From Perna viridis (taxonomy: Eukaryota), in assembly GCA_037379345.1 (NCBI GenBank), contig CM074511.1:49978862-50042861 (forward strand): a stretch of 64,000 nt of DNA, given 5' to 3'. How positions within the stretch are numbered: the stretch's first letter is position 1; each line of letters starts with the position of its first letter. Below are positions 54,701-64,000 of the stretch, piece by piece. A model generated the notes under the pieces. The model was given only the letters and a program-made list of their open reading frames with translations, had not been told where the DNA came from and searched no databases. A program made the translations under genes and the position numbers.

Positions 54701-57700
54701 TTAGTGTAACACATGAATTAACAGCAGTGAAACTTTGTTTTACCAAAGGCACATAATCAACTAGTGAATTATGCAATTTTCAATTTCATTTGAAATACTT
54801 AAGTTTTTGGGGCTGATTTTGACATTTTCTGAACAGACTCCTTTGTGGATGAATCACATCTTGTCTGATATTTATAAAAGAGTGCTAATGAAAGTTTCAT
54901 GAGTAGACATTTTTCTACATAAATTGGGTTGACTACCTGACAGTAGACACAAGCTGTTTCAGTATATCTTCTATGGAAAGATAATCATCCAGTCTGGCAT
55001 TCCTACGGTATCCCCAGGAGAACTTGTCTATTGTCATTGCATTTTCCCATTTATGTTTCTGTAGCTTTCCTTTCAAAATTGGAAATTAATAAAATAAAAA
55101 ATAGTTATCAATATATCAATTAATTCAAATTAGTTTTTTATGCATTTATTTCTTTAACCCTTTAGCAGAAATATCAGGTAATATTTTTTTTTCTTCGGTT
55201 TTATTTTATTGTCTAACTGCAAGCCATTAACTTATTTCATAGTTATTCATCAACCAAATGATAAGGGTTGTGAGTTTACTCAGAAATTGCATAAGAGCTA
55301 ACTTAAATAATGTCATATTTCTCAAGACCTCCACATTCTCTGTAAAAGGTGCCCCTGTTCCTTATTTTTATTACCATGCCAATAAAATCAAAACAAGAAA
55401 GCGCAGACCTCATCGATTTTATTTTCAGTAAATAGACTCTCATTAACTTCTGGAGGCAATAATATACAGTTATTAAATGGGTTGAATGCAATAGACCAGA
55501 ATATATGTTCTGAGGTACTGAGAACACTTGATCATTATCAGTGCCAAAGGACAAATGTTCTGGTCTATTGCATCCAACCCATTTAATAACTGTTTTATTA
55601 TCTAATTTGTCTATCAGATATAATAAAGAATGGAAATAGGGAATAGGTCAAAGAGATAACCATTTGACCAGGAATAGGAAAGTGACCGCTCTATGTTTAC
55701 GAATTGGCAGACGAGAGTCACATCTACGTTTTAACACACAAGCGTTTTGTGTGTAAATTCCAATTCAATGAAGCGCTTAAAAAAGTTCAACCAAGCAAAA
55801 GGCTTAGATAAAGGTCATTATGGGGTCAGTGTAATAAACTCCTCAAGGAGACTATTGCACCGTGCAATAGTACATCGACAGTGCAATAGATCGCCCTGTC
55901 CTGAATAAATTTTGAAAATAGAGAAAAATATGTGTATATTTAATAAACAAGATAAAACCTTATAATTAGGTAATAAAAAATTTTAAAAGAATATACCTTA
56001 TCCTCCTTGATATTTCTTGAATGGCCTGACAACCCAAGAAAATAGTGTTGAATGGCCCGAAACATTCCCTCAACTTTCTTCTAATTTTCTAACAATTTAC
56101 ATATAATGTGAATCATGTAACAGAAATTCTTGGTGCAATGGAAATTTGCTTACAGAATTTGATATGTACCTGGGTTATAGCGATCTGAGCAGGTAAAGTA
56201 TCCACCATGTTTGCAGGAACATCCCTTTCCCCAGCGGTCATTAGTAACAACAGTATCTTTCACTGGACTAAGATAAAAATTGTTGCATATATAAGAATCC
56301 TAAAATTAGCCTTTATTGGCTTTGTACTCATTCATATAATCTGCATAGAAAAAATACCTAAAATCGTTAATTCTCTGAGGCTGTAAGACTCCTCAACAAA
56401 CATATTTAACAAAAAATTAACATATGTACCTGGTTCTTTAATACAAATGTAAAATGAACCAGAGTATATTCAGCATAAATTAATAGATGCATGTGTATCT
56501 GCATGTACCTCTCATTATATAGCCATGCTAGAAATTCTGTGGAATTCCAATAGGTGTCTAAGGCTTCCCAGTCACCATCAGACCATATCACTTCTGGTTT
56601 GTAGTTGTTCACCAACTCGTACAGTTCTGGCATTGTCTTGCTCTAAATACACAAGTGAAAACTGTTAAGTCACAAATTAAATGCATAGTTGCTATAGGTA
56701 CAATCGTAAGAAATAAATATTAATACTTTAATAGTAAATGCTATTGATTGAAAAAAAATTGAAAAGAAACAGGAAACAGGGAATGTATCAAAGTGACAAT
56801 TAATCTACCAAACTGTGAAATAAACACATCCATTTATCTGACTATAGAGTTTAAACTTTAAAAACAAGAACAGTCAAACCTCAATATGTTGAACTCAGAA
56901 AAGTTGAAATCTCAGATAACTCAAACTAATTTGACAGTCCCAGCAAAACTACCCTTACTAAAATATAGTTATAAAACTGATGACTCGAACTCGGATGAAT
57001 CAAAATCTCGATCAACTAGAGGTTTCAATCAGTCCCCTTCAAGGTCTTCAAGGTCAATCAACTCAAATGACGTCCCAAAGAAAACTAATAAGTGGGAAAA
57101 ATGATTGCTTGATAACAAACCATTATAAAGGTTTGCTTTTACAATTAGTGATGCATAGACACTTGTACATGTATGTTCAACACAAAATAGCATGTGTAGA
57201 AAAAAAGAATTTGATCAAACTCAATTTCAATTGACACCAACAATGATTTTGGATTTTTTGATAATAATAATAAAAATTTTACTGAGAAATTTTATTTGTT
57301 GAAATGATATCCAATCATTGACATTTTATAACTAAATGCCAAACAGATGATAGTAACTGATGTATTTCTACAGTATTGTTATTACAAAAATAAGTATTTT
57401 CTAATATAAAAAAAATGAGTTTTTTATATTACAAATTCCTTTTCTAATATTACAAATTAGATTTCTAATATAACAAAACTCTTTTTTAATATTAAAAATC
57501 GATTGAATTTCTAATATTAAAAAACGATTTTTTAATATTAGAAATTGATTTTCTAATATTAGAAAATGGATTTGTCATATTCAATTACGATTTTTTAATA
57601 TTAGAAAATCATTTTGTAATATAAAAAAATGTGACTGATTTTGCAATATTGCAAAGTGATTTTCTAATAATACAAATTCATTTTCTAATATGACAAATTC

Positions 57701-60700
57701 ATTTTCTAATATTACATATTCAATTTGTAATATTACAAAATGTCTGATGTTTTATAATATTACTAAATCATGAATTTGTAATATTAGAAAATGAATTTTT
57801 AATATTACAAAATGAATTTCTAATATTAAAAAATCTTTTCTAATATTAAAAAAAAAATGATTCTGTAATATTACAAAATATTGATTTTTGTCCACTTTGG
57901 CTTGCCATAGCAAAAAAAACAATCAACAACAAATATATTTACCAGTTAAACTTGACATCGAGTGACTTGAACCTCAGATAACTTTTTTTCTTGTCCCTTT
58001 GACTTCTACTTAGCTTACCTTTACAAAATCTTGAGTTTTGAAACTTGACTGTTTGTCACTTAGATACAGTGGATGGAACCATTCAAATAAAGAGTGATAA
58101 ATTCCAAACTTTATATCTGTGTTCTGTCTAATGGCTGCAGCTAATTCACCTGAAGTACATGTACATCAACAGATGAAATCAAAATCTGTTACAGAATATA
58201 ATTACAAAGAACTACTCTAGTTACATGTAACTGCATGTACATAAATTACATGAATTACATGTATTAAAAAATAACCTTAATATTAAAATGAAAAGATAGT
58301 CCACCCATGCTTGCCTTGGTTGGAACATGTTTCTTTTGTTTTGGCTGTCCATTGAAAAAAATGTGCTCTCTGTATCTTGCATTTGGTACATTAAATGTAT
58401 ATATATCAGACAATCAGGTATGGAAATGTGCAAAATGAGTTAAGATTTTTCATGAGTTTGATTCTGGGGGCTTACATGTATGTAAATAATGTAAGGCCAA
58501 AAAAAAAGTATGTGTGTTTACGGTCATCCGACCGACCCTCATTTTATCGCCGCGACCTTTGTTTATCAGCAATTTTCTGAAATACCAGAAATTCTTGCTT
58601 TTTCTGTCACCAGTAATGGTATTTATCGTATTAAGGCTAAAAACCACTAATTCCACTTCCCATAGGCTTCTATGCTAATTTCACAATATTCAATGGCTTC
58701 TCTGGACTTTACCTTAACTTTAACCTGCAGAGGACTATATATCAGCATGATTCTACATATGTCAGCTCACAATCCTCAGAATGGCATGTGGGGTTAGCAG
58801 ACTTGCAGTGCAGTACTGGTCACCGGAAGTGAAGGGTCTATAAATAGCATGGGAAATCCCAGTGTTTTCACAAGATAGGGGTATATTTAAAAATCATTAT
58901 GGAGATTAGGCTTCACATCACAAGAAGCAAAATGCACCTATAAAATGTACAGAAATGTTTTTCCTTTCAGAAACTGTTTAAATTTTTTAAATAAGATGAG
59001 AACTTTTTTCACAGCACTATGAGGAACAGGGGTAATTTCTGCGTAGGACTATTTTTGCGTACGTTCCAAATGCTCATTGGTTGAATTGGTGGTCTGTAAC
59101 CTTAAACAACAATGGCTGCCAATAAAAAGCTGTCATACCAACCCTATTTTTTTTCAGCATGTGACAGTACCTAAGGGAGATAATAAATCATATGCTTCTA
59201 GTTAACAAACAACCTATAATTTTGGTTTGTTTTAGGTCATCCAGAACCATAACCATTTCTGAATTCTATTTGTACAACTGTGTGTATATTCTGTTAAGTT
59301 TTAAATCGATTTGCCAATGTACATTGTACAAAGGTATAATACAGAAGGGAAAGAATAGATTGTAAGCAAATACATGTACATAATGCAAACAGACTTACAA
59401 ATAAATTTTGAAAAAAGGAATATACAGTAACATACACGTACTGTACAGGTATATTTTGAACATTTACAGGTGTAGCAAAAACACATATTGTAGCAGTATC
59501 ATACTAAAAACCTGACATACCAACAAGATCTCTGTTAGGACCAGTGGCATTAGAGTTCCAGTTGAATGAATATTTTGATGGCCAATTTGTATATCCTTCA
59601 TGGTGCTTGCTGACGAGAACTAAGTATCTGAAATTAAAATGAAACATTGTTTTTTTTTCATTGTATTGTAATTCAATAAATTTAATTATATATTCATATA
59701 CATCTATATGTGGATCTATGTGCCCAACAAACACTGAACGAAACAAGTTTGCTTGTTTGTTGGTGTTTAACTCCCGAGCAACAATATTTCAGCCATATTC
59801 AGGTGATGAACATGAAGTGGATGATAAAATGAACATGAAATGAAATGGGACGGGACACAAGGACAATGGGGTCGAGCAATTTTGATTGCCACTAGAAATA
59901 GGGAGAGGTGGGTAGGGTTGGGCAATTTGGCTTCCTGTGGTGGAGCCCTATGGTTCCTACTCAGGGAGAATACCACCGTAGGGTTTTTTTAATGTGCGAG
60001 GAATGTGGTATCTTTCCCAACACGGTGCACCACTATGGTTTGCCGTCAGGTTTTCTGTATTATAGCCTGACAACCCCAGCATGTAACACGCCAGGGGTAC
60101 CCCATTCCACCACCTGGGGCACACAACCCAGTAGCTCTGTGGGCACAGTGCCCTATCCCCTGGCTAGGGCTGAACAAAACAAGTCATTGGGTTGACATGC
60201 TCCCTACCTTTTAATGTTCAAGGTACAACTAAGAAATTAAGAACAGTAAAGTGTATTGAGGAAGTCTAAATAGTTTCAGTTGGACCAGGAGTCACTGCAT
60301 TATTGACATTCAATTTTTAACCACCCCCCCCCCCCCACCCCACCACCACAAAAAAAAAATAATTTAATAATTTGTACGTGAATAATAAACTTACTGCGCC
60401 CCAGAACTCCTGAAAATATCTGCCCATTCTCTTGGATTATAAAATTCTGCGGTAAACATTGGTGCAAAATCTGCATAGGTAAAATCTGGACGGTAATTTT
60501 TCTTCATAAAATCAACCATTGCAGGCAAGGCTTTACCTTTCCAACTCCACCAAAACCATTCTGAAGAAAAGGCTGGCACAGAAAACACGCCCCAATGGAT
60601 GAAAATGCCAAGTTTTGCTTCATCATACCATGTTGGAAGAGGACGTGAATCTAATGAATCCCATGTTGGATCATATTTAGTCGCAAAAACACAAGAGAAA

Positions 60701-60732
60701 AGCAAAATGAAACCAACAACTTCCCTAGCCAT
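51704..60732 (-). CDS. FUCA: Alpha-L-fucosidase (GH29), paralogue 4, 456 aa, canonical pocket, probable ancestral lysosomal copy
   Basis: Exons 60732-60395, 59627-59521, 58149-58019, 56642-56509, 56267-56170, 55069-54937, 53584-53414, 51962-51704; 1371 nt open. Motifs [56 protein letters not shown], closely matching vertebrate FUCA1/2 as I recall them. Confidence 0.96.
52195..52790 (-). mobile_element. HINE-type element with internal tandem repeats
   Basis: Inverted relative of the ends and repeat units of 41090-43645. Confidence 0.65.
52994..53204. mobile_element. MITE with about 30-bp TIRs
   Basis: GGAGGTAGACCTAAGGTAAGGGACACAACTC / GAGTTATGTCCCTTACCCTAGGTCTACCTCC; flanks TTAA and TCAA. 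Confidence 0.8.
55458..55600. repeat. Short foldback MITE
   Basis: ACAGTTATTAAATGGGTTGAATGCAATAGACCAGAA is inverted as TTCTGGTCTATTGCATCCAACCCATTTAATAACTGT. Confidence 0.75.
57380..57895. repeat. Degenerate AT-rich minisatellite (about 22-nt unit around TTTCTAATATTACAAA)
   Basis: Roughly twenty semi-palindromic TAATATTA-centred units in intron 3 of fucosidase 4. Confidence 0.8.
58635..59101. mobile_element. TTAA-flanked MITE (same family as 21054-21521)
   Basis: TTAA at 58631-58634 and 59102-59105; imperfect TIRs. Confidence 0.85.
59749..60169 (-). mobile_element. Structured SINE-like retroposon, 5'-truncated copy
   Basis: Reverse complement of the family body. 15-bp TSD CTGAAC(G/A)AAACAAGT at 59734-59748 and 60170-60184. 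Confidence 0.88.
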
Positions 60733-60739
60733 TTTACTT

Positions 60740-60762
60740 TCACGTGACCAATCGATCACGTG
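60740..60762. promoter_or_regulatory. Paired CLEAR E-boxes upstream of fucosidase 4
   Basis: TCACGTGAC (60740-60748) and TCACGTG (60756-60762). Confidence 0.65.
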
Positions 60763-60969
60763 TCTTTTGTTTAATTTTTCGTTCAACAGACCATGTCATT
60801 TTGGGGTCAAAAGCCAGATCGCAGATGGTTGTGAAGAGGAGCATCGAACAAAATTGTATGTAAATGAAGTAAGTGCTTAAATCGTTAAAATTGATATGTT
60901 AAAATGAATAAAGTCTAACACCAGGCGTTCCGTAAACTTACTATGTTGACTCAAGTTCCTTCAGATGGA

Positions 60970-62256
60970 GCCCAATGCAGGTCCGGTTGTCAGTGGTCTG
61001 CAGCAGCGCTAAGAGACTATAAATAGCGCTCAGAACCCTGACCGGGGCACACTCTACACGTTGACATACTCCCAAACAGTTAGAGTGGGGAAACGCTCTC
61101 GGACCCACGTGGGTTCTGGGAGTAGGCCAGAGCGTCAACACAGCAGCCCAGCCGCTAGTAGGATATACTCTGACCGAGTTCTTCGGTCAGGTATCCCGAA
61201 GCCTGGGCTCCGCCACCAACACCAGTTGGTTCTACTAACCTACTAACATCGACCGTCAGAGGCCTGTATTGGTATTCTAGGTTGTTAAAAACCCCCAATC
61301 ATCATGACTGGGGGCTAGGGCGCTCTGCCCACAGAGCAACTGGGTTGTGTGCCCCAGGGTGGGAATGGGATACCCCTGGCATGTTCCATATGCTGGGTTC
61401 GTCGTCCAGGTCATACCTGACCACGAACCATATAATTATGTAGTGGTGCACCGTGTTGGAAAAGCTCTAGACGCCAAGTTCCTCGCACGTAAAGAATCCT
61501 GCTTTGGTACTCGACAGGAGAAGGAGCCTCAGCTTTTCTACAGGGCTAAATTGCCCGACCCTACCCTCCTCTCCCAATGGCCAGTGGCAATCGAAACTCG
61601 TCGACCCAATAATTAATCCTTGTGTCCCATCTCATTTTTTATTTCATCATAATTCCATGTTCATTTTATCATCTATCCCATGTTCATCGCCCGGATATAG
61701 CCCCGTGCAGGTCCGGGTGTCAAAAGAATAAGACCCGCAGCAAAGCTAAGGTTGTCGTAAAAGGCGACTAAATAGTGCTCAGAAACCTAGCCGGGGGCTA
61801 GGCGCTCTGCCCACAGAGCTACTGGGATGTGTGCCCTAGGTGGTGGAATGGGGTACCCCTGGCGTGTAACATGCTGGGGTTGTCAGGCTATTAATACGGA
61901 AAACCTGACCGCAAACCATAGTGGTGCACCGTGTTAGGAAAGATGCCACGTTCCTCGCACGTTAAAGAACCCTTGTGTGGTATTTTCCCGGAGTAGGAAC
62001 CATAGGGGTCCGCCACAGGAGGCTAAATTGCCCGACCCTTCCCACCTCTCCCTATTTCCAGTGGCAATCAAAATTTGTCGACCCCATTATCCTTGTGTCC
62101 CACCCCATTTTTCATTTCATCATCATTTCATGTTCATCGCCCGAATATAGCTGAAGTATTGCTGCTCGGGCGTTAAATCCCAACAATCAATCAATCAATC
62201 GCCCGGATATAGCTGAAAAAATTGCTGCTTGGGCGTAAAACACCAATTTATCAATC
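60970..62256 (+). mobile_element. Long form (about 775 nt) of the structured retroposon, interrupted by a nested short copy
   Basis: Same head (GCCCAATGCAGGTCCGG), an extra module of about 260 nt, a diverged body, and the tail resuming at 62213. Degenerate TSD TC(C/T)TTCAG(A/T)TG at 60958-60968 and 62255-62265. Confidence 0.8.
61701..62197 (+). mobile_element. Structured SINE-like retroposon, full-length short form, nested
   Basis: Perfect 15-bp TSD ATCGCCCGGATATAG at 61686-61700 and 62198-62212; (CAAT)n tail. Confidence 0.92.
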
Positions 62257-63164
62257 TTTCAGTTGACGTGTGTAAAATCACGTACGTGTAAGTTACTGCT
62301 AGGAGGTGGTCAGGCAAACTACATGTATTTTCTGACTTGGGGCCTTCCGAACGCATGGAGCAACACCATTCCAACCTCTGTAGTTGAAGGGGTAGAACAC
62401 CTCCGCATTTTGGTATGTTGTAACCCTACCCACTGATAACTGAATAATTGAGTTGTCTGAGCTAATAAAACTATTTGTATATCATTGGGCCTTTCATAAT
62501 GTAAGAAAACGTTTAAACTTTTTTTTGTACAATTAGTACAAATTTCGGAAAGAAAATGGTATACTAGTCTATAGTTAACTTACAACAGTAAATTACATGA
62601 ACCGATTTTCAGCCTTAATAAGTCACATTTTTAACAAGTCTCGAATGGTTTCTCGCAGGCATGCATCCATGTGCGACGGAGAAGCTGAAATAATCGAACA
62701 ATACCAGCTTGCAAGAACAATATAACAGTATAACTTTTAAAGTAAATTATATTGTAATGTCTAACTTACTGGGCAAAGTGAAAAGACTTTGTCATTCTTA
62801 CGGAGAGGTTATACCACTGAGATGCACTTATGAAAAGAGCAGACTTTCCAAAGAAACATTTTGTATTTTCTCTAAATTAGGCCAAACGGAGAAAATCTAG
62901 GCTATGGATTTTATGTGCCTGAATTCTGTTCGGTTATGTCATGCATTGTAATCATTTAGTTTTGAAATATTTAAATATCTGAACATCTTATCTGGTCTCA
63001 TTTGTCAGAGCTCAGTCCCCGGGCTCAGTCCTTGTGAAATGAACCTTTGTCCTAATGGGTCCGAGATAAGGAGGTATTGCTTGGCACTGATTAGTCGGTT
63101 CTTGGGCATCGGGACTCTCCATTCTTGTAAGCCGCATAGCCACCTGACCCTCCTGTTACATATA

Positions 63165-63476
63165 TAAAAATTCCCAACGATGTTAGAGTTGTCAAATTTG
63201 CGATGCAAATTTTTGGTCATTCCCTCCGCCTAGCTGGTCGAGTGGTCTAGGGCGCTAGACTGTGCAGGCGGTGTTACCATAGATGTCACAGCGGTACGAG
63301 TTCGAGTCCCGCGAAGGGAATGACCAATAATTTGCATCGCTAATTTGACAGTTCTAATATCGTTGGGAATTTTTCAGACCCATCTATAAGTTTACATTAT
63401 CTTCCCTGTATCAATTTGATCCGATGAAGCAGTGTCGCGAATATAGTCGTCACATTCTGAGACGTTTGTATATATA
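63165..63476 (+). mobile_element. tRNA-derived repeat with an inverted duplication of its own body upstream of the head
   Basis: A-box-like TGGTCGAGTGG (about 63236-63246) and B-box-like GAGTTCGAGTCC (63298-63309). 63165-63228 is the inverse of about 63311-63375. A second copy lies at 18690-18905. Confidence 0.75.
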
Positions 63477-63490
63477 CTTGTGTTTTCAGA

Positions 63491-63641
63491 ATGGGTGTGT
63501 TCATATGGTCGGCGATTATTGTGGCAGTTTTAGGTGTCATATACGTTCTATATCCTGAACCTGTTCTCACACACAAGGCAGAGGCATGGGAAAGAGGAGG
63601 CAGTTATGTAAATTATAAAGGATACAAAATATTTTATAGAG
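63491..63641 (+). CDS. MEST: First coding exon of a MEST-like alpha/beta hydrolase (gene continues beyond the window)
   Basis: MGVFIWSAIIVAVLGVIYVLYPEPVLTHKAEAWERGGSYVNYKGYKIFYR|GT: a hydrophobic anchor followed by P..L....W...G....YKG..IFY, as in the vertebrate MEST N-terminus. An acceptor TTTTCAG just before the ATG implies an upstream UTR exon. Confidence 0.78.
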
Positions 63642-64000
63642 GTATGATAGTCGACACCTCTTTGACACAATTTTACACTAAAATTATTATTCAATAAAAG
63701 CTGAGTGAAGTTTTACTTTAAGGATACTAATCAGAGCTTTTTTAATTTGGTTCCAATAAATAAAAACGGTATAAGAGATATAAATCTATTTGAAAAGTTG
63801 CAGGCGGGGATTTTTGAAGGGTAATCTAATAAAAAACGGACCGAAAGAAGTTTTTTTGTATATCCCAATACGGTTAAAGATAAGTCCATCCTATAAAGAA
63901 ACTCTTTACTTATAGAATTCAGTTGGGAAAAATTGAGATAATAATCCGAATAACAATATACAATTTCTGTTAATTCTAACAACAATACATAGCCCTTTAT

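Noticed and set aside
57380-57895. Regularly spaced short palindromic units, superficially CRISPR-like
   Set aside because: The units are degenerate and contiguous with no unique spacers, the context is a eukaryotic intron, and there are no cas genes.
60733-60786. N-terminal extension of fucosidase 4 shown in the ORF track
   Set aside because: It begins at a non-ATG codon. The ATG at 60732 directly precedes the signal peptide, as in the paralogues.
61010-61025. GAGACTATA resembling the group I intron R element
   Set aside because: No matching S element/P7 partner or other group I core elements are conserved across the copies.
61942-61961. CGT-TCCTCGC-ACG resembles the P3/L3 of HDV-like ribozymes, with GATGCCA/TGGCAATC as a possible P2
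   Set aside because: No P1 partner or P1.1 GG follows. The segment folds equally well as a CGTG..AGGAA/TTCCT..CACG hairpin, and the long-form copy breaks P3.
63228-63320. Apparent tRNA (GTG anticodon-like)
   Set aside because: No acceptor stem or anticodon stem closes, and it is part of a dispersed repeat, so it is treated as a SINE head.

Overview
Eukaryotic, AT-rich, intron-rich animal DNA. The repeat content suggests a bivalve mollusc (inference). Two tandem gene families lie tail-to-tail. (1) Three paralogues fusing a Ly6/uPAR (three-finger, LU) domain to a fibrinogen-related domain (FReD): one intact on + (9909-16576, about 325 aa) and two pseudogenes (808-7735 on -, 19129-24749 on +). 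(2) Four intact 8-exon GH29 alpha-L-fucosidase genes on - (25500-60732). Two have canonical fucose-pocket residues and two have substituted ones, and each has a pair of CLEAR/M-box motifs just upstream of the ATG. The first coding exon of a MEST-like hydrolase is at the right end. Repeats include Penelope-like, RTE and I-group LINE fragments, HINE/MITE elements, a retrozyme-like tandem pair of type I hammerhead ribozymes 367 nt apart, and five copies of a highly structured SINE-like retroposon with no tRNA head. Exon models were assembled by hand from GT-AG sites and frame continuity; no database search or folding program was run.
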